64,000 nucleotides of DNA from a virus (IMGVR_UViG_3300037466_002980:1-64000); one strand, 5' to 3'. Counted from the stretch's first letter, positions 37,690 to 47,907 are shown. Notes: generated from the letters alone by a model not told the origin. Program-made: numbers and translations.

Positions 37690-38216
37690 TTTAAATAATC
37701 GTTAATATCTAAATTATATTGAATTGAATTTACTCTATGAATTCCTATTAAGAATAAAACATATGATGAAACAGAACTTCCTCTGCCAACACCCCATATA
37801 AAATTATTCTTTCTCATGTAATCCACGATGAAGATAAACAATCTTAATACCATTAGAAGATTTCTTTCCTCGTATAATATTAATTCTTGAGTGACTCTAT
37901 CAATTTCTTCCTTTGTTTTACATTTCTCTAATAACCATTCTTTAATATCAATTTCTTGATATTCTTTCGGAAATGTCCATTGTTCAGAATGAATGTTATG
38001 AAATTCATCAACAGGGATATTGGGTTGATCTTCAAATTCAATCAATTCGGATAATAATTCTTTCTGATGCTTTTTAAATAATTCTATATCTTCAGTATCT
38101 TCTGTGGTAATACGATTTATTGATTTACCTTCAAAAATTAACCGTTTGATATTTTCATCCGAAATAATTACCTGTCCAAATTCATTAATTTTCATTCCAC
38201 TGTTTTTGGTTTCCAT
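37686..38216 (-). CDS. Stand-alone fragment of DNA polymerase III alpha (DnaE palm N-part)
   Basis: RVTQEL...IVDYMR..WGVGRGSSVSSYVLFLIGIHRVNSIQYNL; stops before PDID. Confidence 0.8.
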   Translation of the reverse strand: METKNSGMKINEFGQVIISDENIKRLIFEGKSINRITTEDTEDIELFKKHQKELLSELIEFEDQPNIPVDEFHNIHSEQWTFPKEYQEIDIKEWLLEKCKTKEEIDRVTQELILYEERNLLMVLRLFIFIVDYMRKNNFIWGVGRGSSVSSYVLFLIGIHRVNSIQYNLDINDYLK

Positions 38217-38902
38217 TTTTCAACTTGAACGATTCTTGCAGGTTCCTTTAAAGCAACCGGTTTATCTGTTTCGGCCAAGAAACGATAAAATTCATCCATA
38301 GGATCTACAATATCCTTAAAGATTTCCTCGTCGGACAAATCAGAATCTGTAGGTTTAATGAATTCAAAACAGAATCCATCATCTCGTGTCCACCAAGGAT
38401 GTTCATCACGGGCAACTCCTTCCGAATAATAATCTGTTGTTTTATCGGGTAAAGAATAATCACCATCGATACAATCAAAGGTATAATCAATAGACGAATC
38501 GCTACCTTTTAATTGTATTTCACCAACCAGAATATCATTCTTAACTAAAGAGGAAAGTTTTGAATGAATTAATCTAACTACCATATCATCACCAGAATTA
38601 CCGGGACAATACATCATAATATTAGCAGATAGATTTGCAATATACAAATCATCGTCTTTTTCAACATCGACAATAATTACATCAGGTAAATTTGTATCTA
38701 ACCAGAAATAAATCTTCTGAAATGCAAAAGTAGCCTTAGTTTCTAACTCTTCCTTTGATTTATTTTTCTTATCAGGAATGACTAAATTTATCTTGAGCTC
38801 CCAATCAACTGGGGTCAAATATCCATCAAAAATTCTTATTCCTGTAAATTCATAATTTAGAGTCATGTAGTTTCTTATTATTTGATTTCCACGCTTTACC
38901 AT
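38192..38902 (-). CDS. Phage hypothetical protein
   Basis: 236 aa ORF coupled to mini-DnaE. Confidence 0.7.
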   Translation of the reverse strand: MVKRGNQIIRNYMTLNYEFTGIRIFDGYLTPVDWELKINLVIPDKKNKSKEELETKATFAFQKIYFWLDTNLPDVIIVDVEKDDDLYIANLSANIMMYCPGNSGDDMVVRLIHSKLSSLVKNDILVGEIQLKGSDSSIDYTFDCIDGDYSLPDKTTDYYSEGVARDEHPWWTRDDGFCFEFIKPTDSDLSDEEIFKDIVDPMDEFYRFLAETDKPVALKEPARIVQVEKWKPKTVE

Positions 38903-38912
38903 GCTCTAATTC

Positions 38913-39161
38913 CTATTCTTCTAATTTACCGAGCTCAATTGGTTTTAAATTATCTGGATATTTTCTATTAAACTCATCATCCATTTGTTGCCTTAACCGT
39001 TTCTGTCTTTCATCTTCTAACGATTGAATAATTTCTTTTATACTTAAAACAGCAGGAGTATGTCCTAATGCCGACTGTACATTCATATATTGATATGCTT
39101 TTCCAAGTCTCTCAATTATTTCTTCATCTGTTAATTTACTTACATCTAAAAATGGGTGCAT
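38913..39161 (-). CDS. Hypothetical late protein
   Basis: Late box CATAAATA 39183-39190. Confidence 0.65.
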   Translation of the reverse strand: MHPFLDVSKLTDEEIIERLGKAYQYMNVQSALGHTPAVLSIKEIIQSLEDERQKRLRQQMDDEFNRKYPDNLKPIELGKLEE

Positions 39162-39223
39162 AAATTTTTTCCTTAGACCTTATATTTATGTTCAAATAAA
39201 GGTACGGAAAATAATGTTGATAG

Positions 39224-39565
39224 CTAATCTTCCATTTCCCATATAGTAAATAAGAGTGAGGAAGGATATAATTTAATTTTTGTTAATTTCATATCGGTTA
39301 TAAGATTAAAGAGTAATAAATCCTCTTCGTTTTTAAAACACCAATAAGAATGTACCGTCCAGTTAACAGAATTCAGATCGTTAAAATCTCTTATTATTTC
39401 GGGTTGAGTATATCCCCATGTTCCCGACATTTGTTTCAGGCATTTATTTCTTAGTTTAGAAAATTCTTCGGTATTTATTATAGAATAATTTTCAATCGTA
39501 TGCTTTATTCTAACAACCTTAGGATTACTAAAAAATATTCTTACACCTGTATGTAATTTTTTCAT
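39224..39565 (-). CDS. Small paralog family member
   Basis: WCFKNEEDLLLFNL. Confidence 0.65.
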   Translation of the reverse strand: MKKLHTGVRIFFSNPKVVRIKHTIENYSIINTEEFSKLRNKCLKQMSGTWGYTQPEIIRDFNDLNSVNWTVHSYWCFKNEEDLLLFNLITDMKLTKIKLYPSSLLFTIWEMED

Positions 39566-39819
39566 ATATAATTATGATGAATCCTGTAGAAATTTGTTAG
39601 ATCCTCTTTTTCAGAAAATCTAATACAAATGAATTCACCCATATCAATTTCAGCATACATACCTTTACTCTGTTCGAGACTTTCTTGGAAAATTTCAAGT
39701 CTTCTATAAAAAACAGAAGGATGCAAATGTAGTGTTAGCCATTCTGAAGTATAACTATCAATACGAACAGGATCTCCAACAAGAAAATTATTTTTTAATT
39801 TCATGATAATCCATGCCAT
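39562..39819 (-). CDS. Small paralog family member
   Basis: IRFSEKEDLTNFY. Confidence 0.6.
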   Translation of the reverse strand: MAWIIMKLKNNFLVGDPVRIDSYTSEWLTLHLHPSVFYRRLEIFQESLEQSKGMYAEIDMGEFICIRFSEKEDLTNFYRIHHNYI

Positions 39820-40073
39820 TTATGACAAATTGCTTTGAAAAGTTTATCTACATCTTCAGTGGATTTATTCTTAAAAGAAGGTTGTCCACGAACAGAAACA
39901 TTATAACGCTGTCCCGATACGGTACAAATCATGATGGTCTTATCGTCTTTTAATTTTTCTACTGTGGCTTCTTCGTTTCTTAAATTGCTCACATCTCGCA
40001 ATGATTCAATAAACTTAAAAAGAACAATAGTACCATCTGTACACACAATATAATTTGGTATAAAATGTATCAT
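39801..40073 (-). CDS. Hypothetical protein
   Basis: Coupled ORF. Confidence 0.6.
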   Translation of the reverse strand: MIHFIPNYIVCTDGTIVLFKFIESLRDVSNLRNEEATVEKLKDDKTIMICTVSGQRYNVSVRGQPSFKNKSTEDVDKLFKAICHKWHGLS

Positions 40074-40324
40074 AGTAGTGTTAAATATAATGAAGAATCT
40101 GGATTAAAATTTTCGCTGTAAATATAAATTTCCGGAGAAACTTTCTTTCCTGAACGAAGTCCTTTGAGGACTCTACCCTCCATGGTCCAATTAGATGTTC
40201 CTTTTCCGACATTTTCATTTAACCAATTAACAATTTTATAGAAGTGTGTGCGATCTCGAATGGTGATTCGAAATGAGTGCCTTGCATTTTGCTTCTTAAG
40301 ATTCGGAAATGGTTGTTTGCTCAT
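40070..40324 (-). CDS. Small paralog-like protein
   Basis: WLNENVG...W core as in 44357..44584. Confidence 0.65.
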   Translation of the reverse strand: MSKQPFPNLKKQNARHSFRITIRDRTHFYKIVNWLNENVGKGTSNWTMEGRVLKGLRSGKKVSPEIYIYSENFNPDSSLYLTLL

Positions 40325-40344
40325 AGATTTTCCATGGTTAATAC

Positions 40345-40373
40345 ATTATATATATTTCAAATATATACGTCAA
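40345..40373 (-). promoter_or_regulatory. sigma70-type early promoter
   Basis: TTGACG-N17-TATAAT. Confidence 0.8.
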
Positions 40374-40376
40374 AAT

Positions 40377-40544
40377 TCACCAGAATTTTATATGTCCGCA
40401 TGCCTTACATCGATATGCATCATCATTGTGTCCGTGTCCGATATATTCCCAGCCACTGTTATGTGGACATTTACCTTCGAGAATTCTTTGAACTTGTTCC
40501 TCTTCATTAGGAGTTAATACATCCTCGATATCCCTATTGTCCAT
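40377..40544 (-). CDS. 55-aa Zn-ribbon-like protein (not in ORF track)
   Basis: MDNRDIEDV...CPH...YRCKACGHIKFW. Confidence 0.65.
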   Translation of the reverse strand: MDNRDIEDVLTPNEEEQVQRILEGKCPHNSGWEYIGHGHNDDAYRCKACGHIKFW

Positions 40545-40998
40545 CGGGTTTACCTGTTAGAATGGTCACTCCGGCTTCCTTTAGCATTTCCTCGGAAATC
40601 TTCATATCCTCTGACCAGTGTGGTGGCATCTTATCGGCAGTAAAATTTTCATCTACTACCACTGTTTTTATTTTTTTCTGCACAATTGATTGAGCACAAA
40701 CCGAACAAGGAAAGAAAGTTACAAATATTGCACAATTCGATAAATCGCTTGTAGGTGCAAAATCTATAGCATTCTTCTCTGCATGTGCCATCCACTTATA
40801 TTTGTTAGGACGTTGATGTCGTTCGGGAACGCTATCATCAATTCCCATTGGCATTCCATTGAATCCCCAAGAAACGGGTCTTCCATCATTTGTAACAATA
40901 ACAGCACCAACTTTTGTAGATTCATCCTTTGACCACGAAGCAATATCCTTGGCCATTTTTAATATCCTACCGACCCATTTGGTTGATCTTATTTCCAT
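40534..40998 (-). CDS. dCMP deaminase
   Basis: SKD...KVGA, GFNG, HAE.NA, PCSVC. Confidence 0.92.
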   Translation of the reverse strand: MEIRSTKWVGRILKMAKDIASWSKDESTKVGAVIVTNDGRPVSWGFNGMPMGIDDSVPERHQRPNKYKWMAHAEKNAIDFAPTSDLSNCAIFVTFFPCSVCAQSIVQKKIKTVVVDENFTADKMPPHWSEDMKISEEMLKEAGVTILTGKPDGQ

Positions 40999-41197
40999 AT
41001 TTTAATTTCCAAAACGAAAGATCTTCATCATTATAAAAAACTATATCAACGTATAATTGTCTTTCTAAATCATTATAATATACCATTAGGTCATAATCAC
41101 CGGGAAATTCTCTATCTAAGAATTCCTTCATTATAACCTGAGCTTGTATTTCAGTACAATCAGGTGGAAATACAAGATACTGAGATATATCTATCAT
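40967..41197 (-). CDS. Small paralog family member
   Basis: VFYNDEDLSFWKLKYG. Confidence 0.7.
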   Translation of the reverse strand: MIDISQYLVFPPDCTEIQAQVIMKEFLDREFPGDYDLMVYYNDLERQLYVDIVFYNDEDLSFWKLKYGNKINQMGR

Positions 41198-41469
41198 CTC
41201 GACATTGATTCAGTTAAAATAATCTGTGATAATTCTTCACCGAAATTATCCATATTGGTAATAATGTACAAACGGTTTTCATCCTGCCGTGTTGACGGAT
41301 TATAAGCATGAAACTGAATTACCTTTCCACCGGTGGCATTTGTAACAGTGAAATGCATAGACTTATCTTCTTGTATGCTCTTTGATCCGACCGACGCGTG
41401 TGCTACGGCTTTAACATCATCATCTGAATATAACGCCCATCTAATAAAACTTCTAATCATTCTTTTCAT
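41194..41469 (-). CDS. Hypothetical protein
   Basis: Coupled ORF. Confidence 0.65.
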   Translation of the reverse strand: MKRMIRSFIRWALYSDDDVKAVAHASVGSKSIQEDKSMHFTVTNATGGKVIQFHAYNPSTRQDENRLYIITNMDNFGEELSQIILTESMSR

Positions 41470-41480
41470 TGTTTGTTCCT

Positions 41481-41891
41481 TTATAAATCGCCATCTTTCC
41501 TATTTTCAGAAAACCATACATCAAATGTGCCACCTGGATATCTACTCTCTAGCTTTCTTACATTTTCTGCAATGATTTCATTAGGATCCAAATTTAATGC
41601 TAAACATGCTTGTGCCCAATACCAGATAATATCTCCCAATTCTCTTTTCATATGAAAAATATTATCTTCATTATATTCCTTTCCCTGGAACATAATTTTC
41701 TTAACAATTTCATCAAATTCTCCGCCTTCGGATGCAAGGCCGATCCCTGCGGTCATTAATCTCGGTACATTAGCACCTTTTGATTCTAATTCACGAATTC
41801 TAGCAATAAGAACTTCAGTGTCCTTGCTAGCCTGACTTGTTACTCCATCAACGAATTCTTTATATTTCTTTAAATCAATATTTTCTTTCAT
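41481..41891 (-). CDS. mazG: MazG-like NTP pyrophosphohydrolase
   Basis: GLASEGGE..E..KK, RELGDIIWY, N..KL..RY. Confidence 0.9.
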   Translation of the reverse strand: MKENIDLKKYKEFVDGVTSQASKDTEVLIARIRELESKGANVPRLMTAGIGLASEGGEFDEIVKKIMFQGKEYNEDNIFHMKRELGDIIWYWAQACLALNLDPNEIIAENVRKLESRYPGGTFDVWFSENRKDGDL

Positions 41892-41899
41892 TCTTATCC

Positions 41900-43033
41900 T
41901 TATACATAATTTTCATTTTTAAGTTTCTTCACAATTTTGTAGTAAATTGAAAAATCATCGATATTCTTATATTTTGCTGGTTTTCGCCAATACGATCCAT
42001 TGTTTTCTAATATTACAATATTACCATCATTTTCGTTCATTTTTAGAACTTCAAATCCATTGATTCCTATACTCTTACTACTATAAAATCCGGGAAAATC
42101 AACTAGAAATCTATCACCTGCTGAATCTTCGAGTGCCAACTGAAATGGGTCTGGAATAGATTTAGCTTCATTGAATATATTAATTGCTTCTTCTTTAGAA
42201 ATTTCTATAAGTTCAACAGGAACAGATGAATATGCATGTGAAGAAACATGTCGAATGGTATCCCAGGAACCATAATATTTTGAACGATTCACATCTTTAT
42301 ATGGAGTGAAAAATGCAATTCCCGAAGCAATTTCATCATTCATTTCTTTAATTGATTGTTCTCTTGTTTTAGTTGTCGTTGCTTTCTCCAAGACCTTTAA
42401 GATCTTTAAATCTGTTTGATAATGATATTTTCCAGACGAAACCTTAAGTATCTGTCGGCGCAAATTCGATCTTACCTTCATGCTATCTTTATATTGATGG
42501 CCGGGTCCATATAAGGTTGCGACTCCCATATATTCACCAACTAATTCATTCTGAAGAAGAACCTTGTCGCCAATTTGTATATCTTTAAAATTAACCTTCT
42601 CTTCAAGCAATTCAGTATTTTGAACAGCAACAGAATAACTTGGTGCACTAATCGGAATCAATGTCATTTTGGTTTGAGAATTATCTCTTGCCCAGACACA
42701 TTGATCTTGTATCAATCCTTCGGTAATTCCAGTTACTCTTAAAATTTGATTTAAATTTTCGTTTGTAATTCTAACCATGAAACCACGTGGATCAATTACT
42801 AGCCAGGTTTGATCTAGGGAACCATAATTCTTCCGACTACATTCATATAATGTAAATCCCGGCAATGGTTGATTACTTAACTCTGTTGCTTGTGGAAAGG
42901 TTGATTGAAGTTTTAGAAGTTTTTTCTTTTCTGCTATCGAATCTCCTTTTGGAATAATTTCAGCTTGTGGCAATGAATTATCGGGTTTAATTGGATCATA
43001 TCCTACGTAAATATGTTTTGAAATATTGATCAT
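41900..43033 (-). CDS. Phage hypothetical protein
   Basis: 377 aa; N.PLPGF, WLVIDPRGF. Confidence 0.75.
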   Translation of the reverse strand: MINISKHIYVGYDPIKPDNSLPQAEIIPKGDSIAEKKKLLKLQSTFPQATELSNQPLPGFTLYECSRKNYGSLDQTWLVIDPRGFMVRITNENLNQILRVTGITEGLIQDQCVWARDNSQTKMTLIPISAPSYSVAVQNTELLEEKVNFKDIQIGDKVLLQNELVGEYMGVATLYGPGHQYKDSMKVRSNLRRQILKVSSGKYHYQTDLKILKVLEKATTTKTREQSIKEMNDEIASGIAFFTPYKDVNRSKYYGSWDTIRHVSSHAYSSVPVELIEISKEEAINIFNEAKSIPDPFQLALEDSAGDRFLVDFPGFYSSKSIGINGFEVLKMNENDGNIVILENNGSYWRKPAKYKNIDDFSIYYKIVKKLKNENYV

Positions 43034-43039
43034 TCTATG

Positions 43040-43255
43040 TTATAATACCTTGTTTTCGGAAATAGTTAATTTATCAAGTCTGTGCTTAATGCTAGAACGA
43101 AGAATTAATACCTGTTTCTGTTCTTCGGGATTTGAAATAACAGCCAATAGTTTTCTGTAATTTTCATCTAGGATGATGATATCATCAATCGATGAATTCT
43201 TTATGATAGTAAATCTCTGTTTCAATTCGTCGTCATTATACATATTGATCTCCAT
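43040..43255 (-). CDS. Hypothetical protein
   Basis: ORF. Confidence 0.5.
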   Translation of the reverse strand: MEINMYNDDELKQRFTIIKNSSIDDIIILDENYRKLLAVISNPEEQKQVLILRSSIKHRLDKLTISENKVL

Positions 43256-43257
43256 TT

Positions 43258-43509
43258 TTAAGCACCAATACCAAACTGAATTTTGAACCTTGTTGCATCG
43301 GTAGCATCTTCAAATCCGAATTTATTACCGCCCAACATAGTCCATTTTCCGTGAACATTTTTCGTACACCAAAGAACGATACCTTCCTCTGAAATTTTTT
43401 CATAAGGAAGGTTAATTGATGTAAATGTCCAGGATTTTTCTTTTTCGTAGATTAATTTATTCATCGGAATATAATTCGATGAATTATCTGTACCAATATC
43501 ACTATTCAT
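43258..43509 (-). CDS. Small paralog family member
   Basis: WCTKNV.G.W...FGFEDATDATRFKIQFG. Confidence 0.7.
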   Translation of the reverse strand: MNSDIGTDNSSNYIPMNKLIYEKEKSWTFTSINLPYEKISEEGIVLWCTKNVHGKWTMLGGNKFGFEDATDATRFKIQFGIGA

Positions 43510-43538
43510 TGGTTCTCTCCCTTAACACATAAGTATTA

Positions 43539-43567
43539 ATTATAAGTTGTAATATATATTATGTCAA
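43539..43567 (-). promoter_or_regulatory. sigma70-type early promoter
   Basis: TTGACA-N17-TATAAT, perfect consensus. Confidence 0.9.
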
Positions 43568-43594
43568 ACTTTGGCAAGTTTCTATAATATTCGA

Positions 43595-44323
43595 TTACTT
43601 CTTATAAGGAACCCAATTAGATTTGGTTTGAATTAATCTATTAGCGATAATATACATTGAGATAGGATTATGACCTAATCCTAAATGACTTGCGCCGGGT
43701 ATTTCAATGTTTTCGCATTGAAAATTACGGTCTTCGATACAACATTCCCAATGGACTACTCCATCAGTCTTGCTATAAATTGATGTGAAAGGAACTGGTG
43801 GTGGTGTACTAATTCTTTTCATGATTTCTGGTTCCTTATATGATTTATCTTTACTCAATAATTCATATAAGAGTGTTGCATGGGTTCCACCGGCATAGAC
43901 TTTAAATGGTGAACCCATTGAAATTACCTGTCTAATCTTTCCAGGAATTAATTTTGCTATTTCTCTAGCATAAATTCCACCTAAAGACCATCCAATGATG
44001 CTCAATTCTTCTGCCCCGTTCTGTGATAAAATAAAATCTACTCGATCAGAAAGTTGTTTCAATAAGGCATCAAATCCATTTCTTGGACCTAGGTTTCGTC
44101 CTAATCCCCAAGAATGGGCATCATAACCTATGTTATTTAGAAAATTTCGAATGAAATAAGTAGAGGTATCGGCTGTTCCAAGACCCGGAATAACCATTAT
44201 TGGATGATTATCTCCCTCTGGACAAATAAATTGAAGTGGAACATTTAAAAGCCATCCTAATCCATATTCATATATGGATCTAAAAACTTCTACACTAAGA
44301 AGTGTTTTTGATGGTACTTCCAT
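43595..44323 (-). CDS. Alpha/beta hydrolase (lipase/esterase)
   Basis: VIPG, GWSLGG, YSKTDGVV, SHLG; late box 44349-44356. Confidence 0.88.
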   Translation of the reverse strand: MEVPSKTLLSVEVFRSIYEYGLGWLLNVPLQFICPEGDNHPIMVIPGLGTADTSTYFIRNFLNNIGYDAHSWGLGRNLGPRNGFDALLKQLSDRVDFILSQNGAEELSIIGWSLGGIYAREIAKLIPGKIRQVISMGSPFKVYAGGTHATLLYELLSKDKSYKEPEIMKRISTPPPVPFTSIYSKTDGVVHWECCIEDRNFQCENIEIPGASHLGLGHNPISMYIIANRLIQTKSNWVPYKK

Positions 44324-44356
44324 TGGTTAATTCCGGATTAAGATAAGTTATTTATC

Positions 44357-44584
44357 TTAGAATGCTAAAGAATATAATAAAGCATCATTCTTGTTTTTGA
44401 AAACAGTAATTAGTTTATTATCATCATCGATGAACCAATCCCATTCCTCTTCTCTTTCGCCAACATTTTCTATCAACCAATTATGTTGGGTTTCATATTT
44501 TCCAAGCCACTCGCGCGAGACAGAATATTGTCCAAAACGACGTATTCTGTCTCTTGCCGAGTTAACCTCTTCAATGAAATTCAT
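44357..44584 (-). CDS. Small paralog family member
   Basis: WLIENVG...W...FKNKNDALLYSLAF. Confidence 0.7.
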   Translation of the reverse strand: MNFIEEVNSARDRIRRFGQYSVSREWLGKYETQHNWLIENVGEREEEWDWFIDDDNKLITVFKNKNDALLYSLAF

Positions 44585-44904
44585 TAGAATGAAACGCTAG
44601 AACCACATCCGCAAGAATTCGATATATTCGGGTTATTAAATACGAAATTCTCACCCATAATATCGCGTTTGAAGTCTATTTCGGCATTTTCAAGATACAT
44701 CATGCTCATAGGATCTACAATGAGCATTTTCTCTTCACTTAGAGGATAAATTGTATCATCCTCCTCCTTGCCTTTTTCCACCGATAGATAATATTGAAAT
44801 CCATTACAACCTCCACCTTGGAGACCGAATCTAACAATATCTAGTCCTTCATCGTATAGAATATCTATCAAACGCATCTTTGCGGCATCGGTAATTTTTA
44901 TCAT
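44584..44904 (-). CDS. IscA/ErpA-type Fe-S carrier
   Basis: [21 protein letters not shown]. Confidence 0.9.
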   Translation of the reverse strand: MIKITDAAKMRLIDILYDEGLDIVRFGLQGGGCNGFQYYLSVEKGKEEDDTIYPLSEEKMLIVDPMSMMYLENAEIDFKRDIMGENFVFNNPNISNSCGCGSSVSF

Positions 44905-45503
44905 TGTCTCTTCTCTACAATATGATCAGCAAGGCCTAATTCAAGAGCCTGCGGTGCGGTTAACCATCTATCCCTGTCCATAAGTTCAACAAACTTGTCA
45001 TAAGTGACACCTCTGGAATTATGCTTTACATACAATTCAGTCATTTCTTTCTTGATACGGAGACCTTCCTGAAGATCAATTTCCATATCAGAAACTTTAC
45101 CACGTGTTCCCGATGAAGGTTGATGGATCATTGTAATTGCTCTCGGAAGCAAATATCTGTGACCTGCTTCGCCTGCTTGTGCAATAAAGGATCCCATACT
45201 TGCTGCCATTCCGGTAACATACGTATAAACCGGACACTTGATGTATTGCATCACATCATAAACAGCCAACCCATCATACACTGATCCACCTTCAGAATTA
45301 ATATACATATTTATTGGTTGATCTGGATTTTCGGCCTCTAAGAATAGCATCTGGGCCACAATAACATTCGCCATCGATTGTTCAACGGTTCCTGTAAAGA
45401 ATATCACACGTTCCTTCATAAGACGTGAATATAAATCATATGACCTTTCTCCACGCGAAGTTTGTTCCACAACCATTGGAATTAATGTTGAAGTAATAGA
45501 CAT
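44901..45503 (-). CDS. clpP: ClpP protease
   Basis: [33 protein letters not shown]. Confidence 0.96.
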   Translation of the reverse strand: MSITSTLIPMVVEQTSRGERSYDLYSRLMKERVIFFTGTVEQSMANVIVAQMLFLEAENPDQPINMYINSEGGSVYDGLAVYDVMQYIKCPVYTYVTGMAASMGSFIAQAGEAGHRYLLPRAITMIHQPSSGTRGKVSDMEIDLQEGLRIKKEMTELYVKHNSRGVTYDKFVELMDRDRWLTAPQALELGLADHIVEKRQ

Positions 45504-45554
45504 GTTTGGTTCCTTTTAAGATAAATAAATTATAACTCCAGGAGAATTTCATTC

Positions 45555-46268
45555 GTGGCTAAACGATTTACACTCGCTGAATTTATTCAAAAAGCAAATA
45601 TAATTCATAAAGATTTATATGATTATAAAGAAGTATTATATAAAAATATGCACACAAAGGTCAAAATCATCGATCCCGAATATGGCGAATTTTGGCAGAC
45701 ACCAATGGGGCACCTCAATGGTCAAGGTCATTTGTTACGTGGAAGAATAAAATCTTCTAACAAACGTAGAATGTCTAGAGAAGAATTTATTTTATTGGCC
45801 AATAAACATCATAATTATTTCTATGATTACTCAAAAGTCGAATATATACATTGTGATAAAAAAGTTTGTATTATTGATCCCGAATATGGTGAATTTTGGC
45901 AGACACCATATAATCATTTACGAAATCATGGTTGTCCAGAAAGAACTAAACAGAAAAAATGGCTTATTCATAAAGATCACATAATTCCAATGTCTGTTAT
46001 CTGTACACAGAATAGATCTCCTGGTTGGGTTAAAAATAGACCATTATATAAATTTCTAAATTCTTCAGTAAATCTTAGAGATATCACAGCCGAAGCGAAT
46101 CAATTAAAACACGATATTGTCATTATAAATGGAGAAGAAATATTCGCAGGAAATATTAGAAATAATTACGAAATTATAAAATATCTAGCACAAACATTAT
46201 TGAATATCGATATCACAGATATCATTAAAGAAGATAAAAAATATATAAAAGAATATCTTAAACTCTAA
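45555..46268 (+). CDS. HNH homing endonuclease with two DUF723-like repeats
   Basis: Duplicated KV.IIDPEYGEFWQTP..HL; HKDHIIP...NL...N..K; late box 45520-45527. Confidence 0.7.
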   Translation: MAKRFTLAEFIQKANIIHKDLYDYKEVLYKNMHTKVKIIDPEYGEFWQTPMGHLNGQGHLLRGRIKSSNKRRMSREEFILLANKHHNYFYDYSKVEYIHCDKKVCIIDPEYGEFWQTPYNHLRNHGCPERTKQKKWLIHKDHIIPMSVICTQNRSPGWVKNRPLYKFLNSSVNLRDITAEANQLKHDIVIINGEEIFAGNIRNNYEIIKYLAQTLLNIDITDIIKEDKKYIKEYLKL

Positions 46269-46269
46269 T

Positions 46270-46491
46270 CTATCCATAAAGTAATCGAAATTTAAGTTCT
46301 CCCGAGGAATCTTTAAATTGGAAAAACCATCCCCGTGTCAAAACAGTCATCTTCAACTTACAATTAAATTCTCGTTTCAATTTCTTATTTAAAATTTTAA
46401 CAGAGGGAGAATAAGAGGAATTGGCAGTTTCTATAGTTGTTTTTATAAACTTAGGCAGATGTGTAAATTGGGTTGTTGGTACACGTTTCAT
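46270..46491 (-). CDS. Small paralog family member
   Basis: LPKF...FKDSSGELKFRLLYG. Confidence 0.55.
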   Translation of the reverse strand: MKRVPTTQFTHLPKFIKTTIETANSSYSPSVKILNKKLKREFNCKLKMTVLTRGWFFQFKDSSGELKFRLLYG

Positions 46492-46521
46492 GATAAATAG
46501 TTATATAAGGTATATTATCAA

Positions 46522-46911
46522 ATGCTCATAAAAGATATTCTAAACGAAAGTGCTACCGATGTTGTTGCTCGTTTCTATATTGAGGCATCTAAAGAAATGG
46601 ATAAATTTTATAATCCCGAAGATGCAAAATATAAAGAGAAGAATAACAAATATTATCAAGAACACTTTAAAGAATGGTTTAAGGAAGAAATTGTACCAAT
46701 TTTTCAGAAACCTGTTGATAAATCACAACCATCATTTACAAATGCCCCCAAGGAAGGAAAATTACAATCACCAGGATATCGCGGAAAACAATATGCATTG
46801 GCTAGATCAGGTCTTCCTTATGATCATAAAGTTCAACGATATCATCCAAATTTAACAAATGCGGTTGCTCCAAATGTAATGGATGGGGCTAGGAATTCGA
46901 ACGGCCAGTAA
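46522..46911 (+). CDS. Probable internal head protein
   Basis: MLIKDILNES leader; late box 46492-46499. Confidence 0.6.
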   Translation: MLIKDILNESATDVVARFYIEASKEMDKFYNPEDAKYKEKNNKYYQEHFKEWFKEEIVPIFQKPVDKSQPSFTNAPKEGKLQSPGYRGKQYALARSGLPYDHKVQRYHPNLTNAVAPNVMDGARNSNGQ

Positions 46912-47140
46912 ATTTTAGTTTTGCCAACGTAATAGAGTGCATATCTTCGTCATTTAATTGAACTATATCAATATTATCTCGACCATAAATTATTTCTAAT
47001 TTATTTCTACGAGATTCTGCATCAATCTTATTTGAAAATAACAAAATATTATACGCTTCGTCTAATACCTTCCAGCCGGCATCCCCCATTGAATAAAACC
47101 AATCACATTTGAATCTACCTTTAAATCTCAAAGCATACAT
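46889..47140 (-). CDS. Hypothetical protein with C-terminal LAKLKF
   Basis: Coupled ORF. Confidence 0.6.
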   Translation of the reverse strand: MYALRFKGRFKCDWFYSMGDAGWKVLDEAYNILLFSNKIDAESRRNKLEIIYGRDNIDIVQLNDEDMHSITLAKLKFTGRSNS

Positions 47141-47907
47141 CAGTTTATAATATGCATTATACTAGCAAATAAATCGGGATCAAAGTTATCAGCGGATTCA
47201 TTGAACCAATGAGTATTATCCATTGCCCAGGACCAATAACTTGCTGGAATTTCTGTCATTAATTCACCTTTATATTTTCCAAAGGGCATCCTTTCAAAAA
47301 TAATAGGTTTCGATAGCCAATCATTAATTTGTGGTCCGTAAGATTTATTCTTATCGACGACATCTATTTCTTCTAATATCGAAACAAATGCTTCTAATAG
47401 TTTAGCAGTTATGAAAGAATCATTTCCGGCTCTATGACACATCATTTCAATTGGTATATCTAATTTCAAAGCAAATCTTAAATAAGGAAGATTGGTTTCT
47501 TGAATGTCTGTTGCACCATTAAATAATTTCTTCGCCATTCTCCATGTGCAAATCCAATTGTGATCAAATTTTATACCATGATTTTCCAGAACTCTCATAT
47601 CAAAGAAATAATTATGGCCAACAAGATAACCATTTTTATATCCATCAACAACAGTTTGGAAAATATCCTTGGATTCAACAAACGTTGGTTTATCATCGAC
47701 CATTTCGTTTGTGATATAGCAAATTGATTCCACTTTTGGAGGAATAATAGAATTTACCGGTTTGTGCAATTCTTGGAATATTGTCCAATTATTATCTTCC
47801 CTAATGACAAAACCAGTCTCAATAATCTCAGCTATCTTATAATCATCTGAATTAGTTTCGGTATCTAATACAAGACAACTTTTTAAAAAATCTTCTCTAA
47901 AGGTCAT
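47140..47907 (-). CDS. DEDDh 3'-5' exonuclease (ExoX-like)
   Basis: LDTET, GHN.FFD, HRA.ND, C-terminal MPFGKYKG. Confidence 0.88.
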   Translation of the reverse strand: MTFREDFLKSCLVLDTETNSDDYKIAEIIETGFVIREDNNWTIFQELHKPVNSIIPPKVESICYITNEMVDDKPTFVESKDIFQTVVDGYKNGYLVGHNYFFDMRVLENHGIKFDHNWICTWRMAKKLFNGATDIQETNLPYLRFALKLDIPIEMMCHRAGNDSFITAKLLEAFVSILEEIDVVDKNKSYGPQINDWLSKPIIFERMPFGKYKGELMTEIPASYWSWAMDNTHWFNESADNFDPDLFASIMHIIN

